From: Torpedo marmorata
Lineage: Eukaryota
DNA: 64,000 nt
Assembly: GCA_977017645.1 (NCBI GenBank)
Contig: OZ360230.1
Location: forward strand, 39,928,001-39,992,000
Reading direction: 5' to 3'
The number at the start of each line of letters is the position of its first letter. The first letter of the stretch is position 1. Below the pieces are notes generated by a model. The model saw nothing but the letters and a program-made list of their open reading frames with translations. It made no database searches and was not told the DNA's origin. Below, in pieces: positions 1 through 12,589 of this stretch. A program made the position numbers and the translations under genes.

Positions 1-308
1 TCTTTCATCAAAGTAAGAACTCTTTTAGCAGTTTTAGTTTTAGCAACTGATCTTGATGTTTTATCCATTATCGGATCTAAACAACAATTAAAATCCCCAC
101 CAATTAAGATATTATCATTAGCTTCTGACAAATACAAAAAAGAATCTTGAATAAATTGTTCATCATCCTCATTTGGTACATATATATTCATAAGTGTCCA
201 AAATTCCGAGTATATCTGACAATGTATTAAAACATATCTACCTACCACATCTATAACCACAAAATGTATTTTAAAAGGTAATTTTTTATTAACTAGTATG
301 GCTACTCC
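1..308 (-). mobile_element. L1-clade LINE ORF2 endonuclease (APE) fragment, running off the window edge
   Basis: Minus-strand translation GVAILVNKKLPF...GRYVLIHCQI...LMNIYVPN...LIGGDFNCCLDPIMD has the L1 endonuclease motifs GVAIL, NIYxPN and GGDFN. Confidence 0.9.
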
Positions 309-311
309 GGT

Positions 312-410
312 TAATATGAATGTTAATTGCACTATGATGCTGCCGCAAAACACCGAATTTCATGAATTGTTCATGACAATAAATTCTGATTCTGATTCTG
401 ATTCTGATTC
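312..410 (+). repeat. 3' tail of a Rex/Babar-type retroelement
   Basis: ...catgacaataa(attctg)n tail; an inverted copy lies at about 23067-23121. Confidence 0.65.
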
Positions 411-429
411 AATCACCGGCAGCTAAATA

Positions 430-1470
430 AATTAGATCTATATTCTCTGGATCTTAGAATAATAAGAAATGCTTTAATTGAAGCATAGGGACTCTACAGG
501 ATCGATGTCAAAATATTTCCGCGATTGGGAGAATCTTGAACTGGACATAGTTACAAGATTAAGGACAGTGATGTGAAACTGAGGTGCATCGGAACCTCTT
601 TTCGATGAGGGTGGTGAATCTCTGGATTGGAGGGTAAATCATTGGAGGTATTTAAAGAGGAAGTAGACAAATCTTTGAATGATCATGGAATAATGGAGTA
701 CTTGGAGGCACATTACATAATATGCAAAAAGCCAGCATGGTTTCCTTAAGGGAAAATATTGTTTGACAAACCTATTGGAATTCTTTGAAGAAGTAACACA
801 CAGGCTAGATTAAGAAGATGCAATGGATGTTTAATTTTAATTTAGACATACAACACGATAACAGGCCATTTCGGCCCACAAGCCCATGCCGTCTAATTTA
901 CACCCAATTGACCTACACTCCCAGTACGTTTGGAACGGTGGGAGGAAATCAGAGCCCCCGGGGAAAACCCACGCAGACACGGGGAGAACGTGCAAACTCC
1001 TTACAGACAGCGCGGGATTCAAACCCCGGTCCTGATCGCTGGCGCTGTAAAGGCGTTGCGCTAACCGCTACGCTAACCGTGCCGTGTATTTGGATTTTCA
1101 GAAAGCCTTTGACAAGGTGCAACACATGACACTACTTAACAAGATAAGATCCCATGGAATAACAGGAAACATACTAGCGTGTGTAGATCACTGGCTGATT
1201 GGCAGGAAGCAGAGAATCAGAATACAGGGATCATATTCTGGTTGGCTGCCAGTTGCTACTGGCGTTCCACAGGGGTCGGCGTTGGGGCTTTCTTTTTATG
1301 TTGTATATTAATGATTTGGATTATGGAATGAATGGCTTTGTGACCATGTTTGCAGATGATACGAAGGTAGGTGGAGAGTAGGTAGTGTTGAGGAAACAGG
1401 GAGGCTGCAGAAGGAGTTAGACAGATGAGGAGAATGGCCAGAGAAGTGGCAAATGAAATACAATGTTGGA
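430..1470 (+). mobile_element. CR1 LINE fragments (3' end plus RT), split by a SINE
   Basis: HGFLKGKYCLTNLLEFFEEV..DV (about 737-830) resumes as YLDFQKAFDKV..GVPQGSALG..YINDLD..FADDTK after the SINE. Confidence 0.85.
831..1084 (-). mobile_element. tRNA-derived SINE (HE1/V-SINE-like)
   Basis: A/B-box-like head, V-core gttctccccgtgtctgcgtgggtttt, CR1-like 3' part and (ttaaa) tail; multi-copy in window. Confidence 0.9.
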
Positions 1471-3220
1471 GAGGGATCTCCTTGTTTCTGAGCTCCAGAT
1501 TTCATGTACAATCTAAACAAAGTCTGTAAGATTGAATAACACAGCCCATCTTGGCAGTGCTGGAGACAAATCAGCGTTGCACAAGAATTCACGCAAATGG
1601 TGCAATGCAATGGACCAATTGCAAGAGATTGACATTGAAGGTTGACCTGCTGACCAGGGTATTAAAAATAAACTGGTAAGGAGCCCAATTTCTTTCCACT
1701 TCCCTCTTAAAAAATGGTACAGGAAAGTTCTTTGTGGAGATGTCACATTCGAATCTATGGTTTTGTACTGTGCCATGTCTCAAATCTGATAAACATATAA
1801 TCAATTACATGAAAACAGTTCAATGCTGCAGTAGAATGCACAGGAAGCAAGGCTGTTAATCCTTGGGGCTTTTTTTTGTGATTTTCTCAAAAACGTTGGT
1901 GGCCCAAAAGCGTAATCAACTCTGTGATCAGGCATTTGAGCTCAATTAATAGAAAAATAGTCTCAGAAAAAGATTAGATAGAGTCCATGGCAGAGTTGGT
2001 TCGGTTGCGATTTTTAAGTGTGTGAACAGCTAGGGCTGCCATGCAGGGGTCACATTTACTATTGAAAGGAAATTCACAGATTATTCACATTACTGATTGA
2101 AGTGGTCACTGGGTGGTTCACACTTGTGTAGGAACAGGAAGGCAGTTATTAGAGCCAATTGTTTTCCTGAATGCCATGATAACTGAGCAGCAAAGGAAAT
2201 ATCATAGTTTGGCCATTGTCCAGAAGCCTGCGGTTGGAGTGCATTTAGAACACTAAAAAGGAAGAGCTCTTGCAGTGATCTGACTTTATTTAAGATTTCA
2301 TTTATTCCTGATTTAGTGAGATGTTTTCCTCAATTCCTTGGGGTCTGTCAGAAGAGCATTCATTCCTGAGGCCTCTACAATTTCCACTCATTTACATGGG
2401 TGTACAAAAGCAGACTAAAATTATATTGTCATTTTTGGCTTTGAAATCCTACTCACAGATGATGAAATTCATCTCCTGTTGCAGGCACAATACAGTAATG
2501 TACATTTATTCAACCTCCCTCCTGAAACTCATTTCTGATTACTTCAATGCATATACTGCATTGCATATTTATCATATGTAACAGAGGTCAGATGTCTACC
2601 CTTTTTTCTACCATTTTCTAAATTACAACAAGCATTCTGGACATACTGGTGTCACATAAGGTGACATATTACTGCAATTCTACTGCTTTCTTTTAATTAC
2701 TATCTCCATTAACCTCAGTAAAACCTCCTTGGCTCTGAGCACAAACAACCTCAACTCTTCGCTTCCTCCTTGTTCCACCCATCTTGCTCCTTACTCTCTA
2801 TGGTCTCTCTATACCCTCCTTAGCCACGTTATAAGCAAATCCCCATTTTTTGTGAACTCTTCCTGCATCTCAGCTCCCTTTCAACTGTGGAATCACCTAT
2901 GGCCTTGTCTACTGACAAAATGAACTGTGGCCATTTCTTTGCATGGTTCTTCTACATCACAATTGGCTTTGGAAAAAGGTTTTCCTTACTTTAAATGGTG
3001 ATTTGAAAAACTTTTCTGTCTGGCTTCATTTATTCCATTCACCATGATAACTCTGCAGCCACTGGTCTCAACCATATTACCTCCGCTATCCGTAGCTCTG
3101 GTGCCAGTACACCAGTTAGAGAATAATTTTTAACAATCACTTCAGGACTAAAGAGCTTCTGAGATGATGAGAATGGGATGTTGAGCTCAAGTAGATGCTC
3201 AGCTTACATTTACGCAAGAA

Positions 3221-3361
3221 CAATACACGCAAGTGCTGGAGGAACTCAGCAGGTCTTGCATCCATGGAAAGCAATGGGTAAACAACGTTTCAGGTCTGAG
3301 CCCTTCATCAGGATTCATTGTGTATTGTTCCAGTTCTCCAGCACCTGCAGACTGCTTGTTT
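3221..3361. mobile_element. Penelope terminal-repeat mini-insertion with internal inversion and hammerhead motif
   Basis: Flanked by 13-bp direct repeat atttacgcaagaa (3208-3220 and 3362-3374); minus strand reads CTGATGAAGGGC-TCAG-ACCT-GAAACGTT. Confidence 0.8.
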
Positions 3362-3794
3362 ATTTACGCAAGAATCCATTTTAGTAAAGGATTTGGTAAG
3401 GTTAAACAATATGGAGAATTATGAGCAGTTTGATTGACAATTACATTGCTTTTTAAAGAGACAGCAGGGTATTTTGATGAACACTCAATCTATGACCCTC
3501 AAATTGAAGCCAGATGGCTGTGAGTAAGCAAGTGACCACTGAGGTTTTGAGCACCATTTAAAGGAATATTATCTTTTACTGTTCATTTGCTGCTGCAGAT
3601 TTAAAGATAATTTTCAAAACCCATTGGGAGATTTTATTGGTGAGAATTCATTAATATTTGGGGAATATTTATGTCTCTGAAAACTGCATCTAAAAGGAGA
3701 GGGTGCTGCAGTATGCAGGATTCACCAGGGAAAAGGAAATATTGGTCACTGGCATCTTGCTTGGAGTTCGTTTTGAGCTGCAAGAGGATTAGGA

Positions 3795-3902
3795 CAGTGG
3801 TTCTTAACCTTTTTCTTTCCACTCACATACCACTTTAAGTAATCCCTTACTAACCACAGAGCACCTATGCCATATGCCTATGAAAAAGGTTGAGAACCAC
3901 TG
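3795..3902. mobile_element. hAT (Charlie-like) MITE
   Basis: TIRs cagtggttct(t/c)aaccttttt; perfect 8-bp TSD gattagga. Confidence 0.92.
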
Positions 3903-6237
3903 GATTAGGACGACATGAAGCCAGGCATAGCAAATCCAGCGACTGCTGGAGGATGGGTGGACTCTTTCCCATTGTGAGTAGAAACCATCCCTTCTCTGAC
4001 AACACCTTGACTACCTTGAGAGCGTGCTGACTCCCTCAGCCCCTGAGCCATTCTGGACAATACCACTGGATATTTTCTGTGCATGAACAACATGCTCATT
4101 AAAGCAATCCAGAGGATAACTGCCTCTAATTATGCAGAGATACCATGGAGGTATTGAAGGAGACAAAAATAAAATAGCTAAAGTTGACCTTGGCCAAGGG
4201 TCAAATACCTTTCTGATGTTCTAATTGGTGCATGTGCTAAATCTGTACGGGTTCGTTAAGCATTTGCAGGCAATTTTAAATTATTATCAGCCACTAAACT
4301 CAAAACTGTGCTAAATCCAAAGATTCTTGCTAGATCTGCACCATTTTCATCCTTTCAGCAAAATAACCTTCTTACGTTTGTCATAGCTGCTGACCCTAAT
4401 CATGCAGCTCCAGTCCTTGCTTCAAGAGGAAACTTCCAAGTTCTGCAGATTTGACTGTGGCTTGCGTAAAGCTGGCTTCACCATTCAATACAGGATCTAG
4501 CTGGATGAAGTGAAAACTAGTCGACTCGTAGTGTCAGCATTACCAACCATAAAATGTAACGTAGGACACAGATTGAAAACAAAACCTTCAGTTGCTGGTA
4601 TCTAGAGTAACTGACCATTTCTCTCCATGGACGCTGCCTGATCCGCTGCATCCCTCCAGCTTCTCATTGTTCATTTACTGTTTTTACACTCCAGTACCTC
4701 TATTACCAAGAGTCACTGTGGACCCTTTTGCTATCTTCCAGCTACTATGCTAAATAATAAAAGCTGCTCCATGATTGGTTAATAATTAAAAATGCTGAAA
4801 AGGTCACACCTTGCTGTCTCCAAAACAGCAAGTGCCTTGAAAGTCCTTACTTTGGCTAAGAAAGTGAATGGGCTTGTGGGAGATGGGATTCTGTATGGAT
4901 AGATTAAATTTTGGCCAGGTTTCCACGCACAAGAGAAATCCTTGCTCCATCTTAAGAGTTCAGCGTGGTACACTGAGTTTGTATAACTTATTTTGATGGT
5001 CCAGAGAGCAGCAGTGAAAATAATTCATTTTTTTAACAACATGCTTTTTCTTTCTTGGTTTAATTTGTGTTAAAGCTAGTGAATCTTGCCCAACATTTGG
5101 TAACTCCTGCCCACATTCACCCCTTAAAGCATCTTTTGAAAATATAACTGAGCAGTGGATGTGTGTTTGTTGCATGTTGATGGATTTTTTTGGGGAGGAA
5201 ATATTTGAAAGACATAAGGCAACACCCTTGCAGTGGACTGAACTGGTAGACATGGTTAAAACCCAGAGACATTTTCTTATATTTACAGGAAAAGATTGTT
5301 TTTGTGAATTTCTGGTTTACCTCATTATATTTTCTTTTCATATTGGAAAATATCCAACCCCCAATCTGGCCAAAAATAATACTAATTCAGCCCAAACTAA
5401 TAACAAATATTTCAAATACTTTATCCTTTTAGACTGATTTAGTAACATTCAGGAGAAAATTATCTAGATATTTAATATTGCAATTTTGAATGTCCCTCAT
5501 AATTATAGTGGTATTACACAAATAGGCCTCGGTTAAGCATCTCCTATCATATACTAAGAACTATGCATCAAAGGACCTTCACTGGCTGTGAGTATTTTGG
5601 GTAGTCCTGAGATTATGAAAGGTGCTATATAAATATAAATCTCCACTAATGCTGCTAATGTAGTTCAAATACGAGTGCACCTCAACACAATATTTTTTCC
5701 TTTATTTGAATAATGAAGCACACTCTGGTCATGCCGAACTGTGGCAGTTTCAGTTTAGAGTTAAGAACCTTCAACAATTCTGCAAATTGAGCTGCAACTT
5801 CAATCTCCAAAATATATCTTAACTGCTATAGAATGATTCCCCCATCAGGTAATTCCTGTGGCTCTCTGAACTTAAAGCAAATAACTTGTGGTAGAAATAA
5901 TAGTGAGGTTATCAGAATTTGATGACTTTCAAGCATAAATCAGACAGTAACATCCAATGAATGGTTTATGCAATGATTTGATAAATTCACTTTTGGGATT
6001 TGGACATCACTATCCTGGCCAGCATTTAATGCTTATCCTTAACTACCCTTGAGAAGTTAATGATGACTCTTCTTGAAATGCTGCAGTTGTTCTGGTGAAG
6101 GTACTCCCTCAGTGCTGTTGGGGAGGGAGTACAAAGGTTTAAACCCAATGGCAATATACTTCCAAATCAGGGTGGACCAGTGAGGGGCTCTGTGATTGCA
6201 GGACACACCGGCAGCGGGCTGTTGGTGACTCGAGGCA

Positions 6238-6360
6238 AATAATCTCCGGGGCCCTCCAGGCCACTGTCCCGGCGAACAACTTCTTGGTGCTCTTGTTGCT
6301 CAGCTCCTTATATACCCAAAGTCGGATATCTTCACCAGGTCTTCGGAGGTGATCAGCAGG
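6238..6360 (-). pseudogene. MAP3K12: Isolated MAP3K12 (DLK)-like kinase exon fragment (DFG to APE)
   Basis: LLITSEDLVKISDFG-[1-bp deletion]-KELSNKSTKKLFAGTVAWRAPEII versus DLK/LZK [41 protein letters not shown]; preceded by acceptor cctctccgcag. MAP3K13 is not excluded. Confidence 0.88.
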
Positions 6361-6394
6361 CTGCGGAGAGGATAGGGTCAGAAACGGAGACAGT

Positions 6395-6523
6395 TAAACA
6401 GGAAAGTCTGCAGATGGGGGGGTTGCAGTGCAATACACAAACATGCTGGAGAATTACAGCAGGTCATGCCGCATCTGTAGGAAGTAATGGGTAACCAACG
6501 TTTCGGGCCAGGACCCTTCATCA
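6395..6523 (-). mobile_element. Penelope terminal repeat with hammerhead motif
   Basis: Minus strand TTGATGAAGGGT-CCTG-GCCC-GAAACGTT followed by gacctgctg...ctccagca, as in other Penelope termini in the window. Confidence 0.8.
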
Positions 6524-6589
6524 ACATCTGCAGGTATTGCTCCTCCCATGTATCATCCACCCTTGTTATTCTTGCTGGCATTTGTGGAG

Positions 6590-6992
6590 CTGAGTTATAA
6601 GGAACAGTTGAATAGTTAGGACTTTATTCCGTGGAGGGTCAGAGAATGAGGAGAGATTTGATAGAAGTGTACAAAATTATGAGTGGTATGTACAGGGTAA
6701 ATGCAAGCAGGCTTTTTCTACTGAGACAACCAGAGGACATGGGTTTAGGGTGAAAGGTGGAATGTTTAAGGGTAACATTATGGGAACTTCTTCACTCAGA
6801 TGGCGGTGAGAGTGGGGAATGAGCTGCCAGTGGGGGTTGTGAATACAGGCTTGATTTTGACATTAAAGAGAAGTTTGAATAGGTATGTGGTATGATCCAG
6901 GTGCAGGTGAATGGGACTAGATGGACTAATAGTTTGGCACGGACCAGATAGGCTGAAGGGTCTGTTTCTATGCTGTAGTGTTCTATGGTTCT
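6590..6992 (+). mobile_element. CR1 (HER1-like) 3' fragment
   Basis: LGLYSVE..RGDLIEVYKIM motif, CR1 3' UTR and ttctatggttct tail. Confidence 0.8.
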
Positions 6993-7149
6993 GAGAAATT
7001 GTGCAAGTGCTGTTGGTGTAGCCAGGTAATTAACTGCAGTGCATTTTATAGCTGGTACACAATGCAACCTCTGTGGAGGGAATGTATGTTTAGGTGGTCG
7101 ATGAGCTACTAACTAAGTAGGCTGCTTCTGCCGTGGATGATTACCGAAT

Positions 7150-7456
7150 CATGCAGCATTGAAACAAGCCTTTCTGCCCACTGAGTCTGCATGAAACATC
7201 AAACGCCCATTTACACCAATCCTACATTAATCTTATTTTATTCTCCTTTTTCCATCAGTTCCTCCCAGATTCTACTACTCACCTACACATTAGGTGCAAT
7301 TAACCTAACATAGGACGTGGGAGAAAACTACAGCATCTGGAGAAAATTCACAGTCAGTGGGAGCATATGCAAATTCGACTCAGGCAGCACAGGAGATCAG
7401 GATTGAACCTGGGCAGCTGGAGATGCAGATGTACAAACTGCACCGATTGTGCCATT
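7150..7456 (-). mobile_element. Degenerate tRNA SINE
   Basis: Diverged V-core and B-box (caggattgaacct). Confidence 0.55.
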
Positions 7457-7694
7457 CACGTTCGTTGCCATTGAAGACATCCAGGCAAGTGAAGAGTTTA
7501 ATTTTCAGTTTTGATTAGCATAAAACTATCAGACCGTGATGCAAATCCATTTGGTTAAATGTTCTTTGGAGAGGAATTCTGCCATCCTTAACCAGTCTGA
7601 CCTGTATGTGTCATCAAAATGACTGCAATGTGATTGGCATTCAACTGTCCTTTCACATTCATGACAAGTAAAATTTCAAAGGCCTATTCACAGT

Positions 7695-8735
7695 CTAGGG
7701 ACCCAATGTGGTCCTCATCCTGGTGACCACCTTCGTGTGTGGCTGTATCAGGCTGTGCATGGAACCAAAGTACGCTGGTACCAAGTGCCGCTATGTGTTG
7801 AAGTTCTACCTGTCTCAGGTGTTGAAGAATGGGCCTGGCCCCATTGCCACGCAATGTCCCAGTCAGCTGGACATTTCCACACTAGCTATTCTTTGTGGAA
7901 TTTTTTTTTGTTGCAGACAATCATCTTTGAATGCATGTCCATCAGGAAATGGTCAGCACGGAACATCCTTTAGACACTGAGGGACCAGAAGTTGATGGAT
8001 ACTGTGGGGTGGTTCCCTGAGCAGACTGTCCAGGTCATCTGGCGAAATGCAAGTGCTCACTAATAAGCACCAGGACTAGCAGTGAGAGGAGCCCTCCTGG
8101 TCACATCCTTCCTGTATGACAGAAATATTACCCACAACACACATTGTCCCCAAGATGACTGCGGTGGGGTAGACAGTCACTCACCTATTTGCAGAATGAA
8201 GATTTGCTTAGAGTGTGTGGAGAAGGATGTAAGGGTCCTTGTCACGGTTCATCCCCAGAAGCAACGTGATTTACTGGCTGTTCCTGGGGATGCACACAGA
8301 GTCAGACATCCAGAGCTGCTGGAAGATCGTCAGCTCGGTGAAAGATGCCTTTTGGTCTGCCCAAAACTTATGGTATTCCAGCACACCAAGATGTCGGTGA
8401 GTGAATGCTGAAGACTGGCACATTCCAGGCTGCAGAAGTTCGTGTTGAGGTATGCACTGAGGCTCCCAACACGAGGGCATTGTGGAGAAGGACCACAGTT
8501 TAGAGTTCTTCCATTACTGGGCATTGAGGGGCTGAGACTGGAGGGGAAGTCCATCAAACAACAGAGGTGAGAGTAACTACAAAGGACCATAGTGGTACCA
8601 ATGGTGTTAAATGTAACAATGTACAGTGATGTACAGTGATGGAAATGTATGGATATAACACTAAGGATATGGACTTTGTACGGTTTTCTTTTGTAAATAA
8701 TTTATTGTGAATAAAATTTATTTTTGGAAAGAAAA
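7695..8735 (+). mobile_element. Tx1/L1-clade LINE 3' fragment
   Basis: Broken ORF2 C-terminus with CxxxxC..H..C zinc-knuckle-like motif (CPQDDCGG...HLFAE); ends aataaa...aaagaaaa. Confidence 0.7.
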
Positions 8736-8910
8736 TATACAGTCTAGGGGCCTTCTGCTACTGGAAATTGAAGGGCTGAGATGAATGGGGAGCCCCTCAA
8801 ACAGCTGAAAGGTGTATTATCCCAGGGAGCCACAGTAGAGGCAATGAGGCTGATTAGAATAAAGATTGGCCAACACTACAATGTACAAAATCGGAATATA
8901 TAGGCTAAAT

Positions 8911-9328
8911 CCACCATTCTCAATGGGGTCCACAGCACATTTAAGAGGGATCATGGAGTGAAATCATTATTTTTTTGATGTTTTTAATGTACAGTAAAAC
9001 CCCTGGTATCCTATGGGGATACGTAGATGCCGGATAAGTGAATGTTCTGGTTGCTTGAGATTGCGTGTTGTGTGGATTGGCAAACTAACTGCGAGGCGCG
9101 CCAATTTTAAACTTCCATATTTTTTACCTATTTATTTTCTGCAATTTTATTTTTGTCGGTTGCTTGAGGCTGCCGGTTGGTTGAATTCCAGATAACAGGG
9201 GGTTTTACTTAAGTCGGTAGGAGAGAAGTACAGAAGAAGCCAACTAATCGACTGCTTCACAGGGAAGGGGGTCCATAAACTTTGAGCAGAGCCATAAGGG
9301 GGCCGTAAATAAAGGTCAAGAATGGCTG
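8911..9328. mobile_element. hAT-like MITE containing a nested Tigger MITE
   Basis: Imperfect TIRs ccaccattctcaa / caagaatggctg; near-TSD ggctaaat/gactaaat. Confidence 0.6.
8992..9209. mobile_element. Tigger-type MITE, deletion derivative of the 41108-41949 family
   Basis: TA-cagtaaaacccctggtatcc ... gataacagggggttttact; internal sequence matches both ends of 41108-41949. Confidence 0.88.
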
Positions 9329-10029
9329 GACTAAATGGCAATATGAATATATAGAATGTATAACACTAAGAATGTAAAAAGCCTGTGCACTGTTTTCCTT
9401 TATATTTTTTTTTATTGTGAATAAAGTTTATTTTTGAAATATAAAAATATGTTTTAATTACCACCGAACAATTCATTTTGACATTGAAAACTAATTTTTT
9501 AAAATGCATTGTCTCATTCCTTTGGATTTTAGTTATTGACAATATATGTTAAAAGATTAAATCATTTAAAATTTGTTCCTTTTAACACTAATTTAATTCT
9601 ATTTTTCCAGATCATAACTGGTAACTCATTTTTACATTGCCTTTAATCTGTATTTACTGACCTTATTGCCGCTGGAAACAGTTGCTCCTTGATCGCCAAA
9701 AGATGACCCATGACCACCCGAAGATTAACTGAGACTGCCTGAGCTCAATTCACATAGAACGTCAACAATCACGGGAAAGAGGAAATCCCTCTTCCTCTTA
9801 GTCTGGGTTGCATTTAAATACAGGTCTCAGAGGTGAAGGGCCACTGTATGAAGTTCTGAAATGAGGTATAAATGTCACATTCTTGAAACCCTTCAAAAAA
9901 TGCAACAAAAAAAAAAAAATGTGGTACGGTTGCTGCAGAGAAATGGATTGGAGGTCAATCCACAGGACCGTTATAGTGGCAGAGAGGATCACTGGAGTCT
10001 CCCTCCCCCCACCCCCCCACATTCATGTG

Positions 10030-10365
10030 ATCTAAAGAGGGCACGCACAAAATCATTGAGGACCCCTTCCACCTGCACACAGCATCTTTCAGCTGCTTCC
10101 ATCGGGAAAGAGATACAGGATTATCAGAGCCAGCACCACCAGGCTAAGGAACAGCTTCTTCCCACAGGCAGTGAGAATGCTGAACGACCAAAGGAACTGC
10201 TCCCACTAACCGTCCGAGACTCTCATATGTACAAAACAAAATGTATTTATTTGTATATTGTTTGTATGTGTGTTATGACTGCTTGTGTTTTGCACCGAGG
10301 ACCAGAGAACGCTATTTCGTCACGTTGTGCTTGTGCAATCAGATGACAATAAACTTGAAATTGAA
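10030..10365 (+). mobile_element. Rex1/Babar LINE 3' fragment
   Basis: KIIEDPFH..FQLLPSGKRYRIIRASTTRLRNSFFPQAVRMLN plus tgacaataaacttga tail. Confidence 0.85.
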
Positions 10366-10514
10366 CGAGAAAATATTAGATGTCATTTTTTTCTCCAGTT
10401 CTGTGTTCCATATTTCCATCTTAAAATGTCAGCATAACTGGATGAATAACTTAAAAACACATTTATCTAGGTTAGACACTTAGAATCAAGGGGGAGGGGG
10501 CAACACATTATAGA

Positions 10515-11050
10515 TTTTAGAGTCATAGGATCATATAGCCACAAAGCATGAAAGCAGGTCCTTTGTCCAATGTGACCATCCCAACCAGGTTGTCCATATA
10601 AATTCGACACATTTACCTGCATTTGGCCCATATCCCTCCAGACTGTTCGTATTTGTCTACACTTGTCTAAATTTCTTTTTAACATCACAATTGTACCCGC
10701 CACTACAGCTTCCTGTATTGCAGGACACCTGACAATAAACAATTCAATTCAATAAACAATTCAATTCATATTCAATTCCTCTGGCAGCTCATTCCGAACA
10801 CCCACCGCCATCTGTGTGAAAACGTTGGCCCTTTGGTGGCTTTTAACCTTTCCTCTCTTACATTAAACCCATGTCCCCCTAGTTTTGGATCCCCTACCCT
10901 GTGACCACTCATCTTATCTATGCCCCATATAATTTCATAATTCGTTACAAGGTCACCCCTCAGCCTTCGACATTCCAGGAAGAACAATCCCAGCCGATTG
11001 TGCCTCTCCTTGTAACTCAAGCTCTCCAGTCCCAGTAACATCCTTGTGGA
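10515..11050 (-). mobile_element. CR1 3' fragment with a small aataaa/(aattc)n tail inserted at about 10715-10776
   Basis: LSYKER..LGLFFLECRRLRGDL motif (ORF 10772-11041). Confidence 0.8.
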
Positions 11051-11189
11051 TTTACTGGAACGAAACCCAAGGACTCAAGAGTTATAATGAAAGCACATAG
11101 AAATTATGCACTGCTCAGGTTTGCCACATTGTGTGATTGTTATCATTGTAGACAGAGGCATGTCATGAACATAACCTCTTTATGCTTGA

Positions 11190-11458
11190 ATTTAAAAAAA
11201 AATTTAGACGTACAGCACGGCTACAGGCCCTTCCAGCCCACGAGCCCGTGCGCCCCCCCCCCAAATACACCAAGTAACCTTAAACCCCCTACAACTCCCC
11301 CGTATATTTTGAATGGTGGGAGCAAACTGGAGCTCCCGGAGGAAACCCACGCAGACACGGGAAGAACGTACAAACTCCTTACAGGCAGCGCGGGATTTGA
11401 ACCAGTGTCGTTGTCACTGTAATAGCGTCGCGCTAACAGCTATGCTAACTGTGCCACC
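11190..11458 (-). mobile_element. tRNA SINE (HE1/V-SINE-like)
   Basis: Same family as 831-1084. Confidence 0.88.
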
Positions 11459-12589
11459 CTTATTGCTATGCACTGATAGGCATGATGAATGCCAGACATA
11501 TCTTCATAAGGATGGAAATGGGATTGAGCTAGAGGGAAAAAACACACTCCCAGCTTCAACCTCTGCCAAACCCAAGACTTACCAACGTCATCTAAAGCAA
11601 TGAAAGCTACAGACACAAAGTACAAACCAATGAATAGATTTCCATCAAGGAGACCAGTCACCAGCATGGACTTTCTGACAGTGACTACTTTCACACACAT
11701 CACAGGCACTGCTATAGATACTGATTGCAGAGGAAGTCCACTATTTACAATCCAAAATTCCCCAATGTTTATACAACAGCTATAAATTTGGAGTATTTGT
11801 TGTCAGCTTACAGGGCATTAGTCTTCTTAACTCACTGGCATTGTGAAGAACTATAAACACATGTTACTCTATGTAAAAAACATTCCAACCTCAGGAAGCT
11901 GCATAAACAGTTTTGTGACCTCAGAAAATAAAATAGAAAATTCTGGAAATATTCACTCACCAGGAGAAAGGAAAGTTGTGAATCTTGGATTGTGTGTACT
12001 TCAACAGATCTTGAACTATGCCAGTTGCCAATGGAAGAGACCCTTTCGCCATTTTCCACCAATCAGTTTGCAAGGGGAGGGGAATAAATGGGATGAAATG
12101 CTTGGTTGGGATGGTGAAGTTATAATCAGCCTCAGTACAGAAGATTCCAACTCAATAGATACTCGAGTAAACACAGTTTATTGCTAGTGAACCAAGCAGT
12201 TACACAAATCCATTCACTCCTCTGTTGAAGACTTTTAAATCGTGTGACAAATACCATTATATTATATGTCTGTAAGCAACTTCTAAGCACTATCTTTGAA
12301 TTGGCAGCTACAAGCACTTGATGTCAACAGGGAGCCCTGAAAGTATGCACTATCCAGCATACATAATGCAGTATATGTGCTAGAATGGTACAAAGTACAG
12401 TTTTACTTGTAATAAGCAGTGAAATAACATAGGATTCTCTCCAGCGAAAATACGTTCAACTGCTAAAAATCTGAACTAAAAATACAAAGGAAAAGAGTAA
12501 TGACACTTAAGTACACATCGCATTGAAATCTTAAAAAAGGTGTGTGGCTATTTTAGAAAATAAAGGCGATGCAAAATTTGAAATAAATG

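Larger units (their letters stand above)
5994..7140 (-). mobile_element. Old degenerate LINE 3' region, host to nested inserts at 6177-6523 and 6590-6990
   Basis: Pieces at about 5994-6175, 6524-6590 and 6995-7140 resemble a common shark LINE 3' end; recognised by eye only. Confidence 0.5.

Noticed and set aside
818-1129. Recurrent ORFs containing GKPTQTRGERxNSLQ
   Set aside because: Spurious antisense translations of the SINE family
6238-6360. Functional MAP3K12 gene spanning the window
   Set aside because: Frameshift after DFG, similarity lost after APEII, no other kinase exons seen, and the fragment is embedded in repeats
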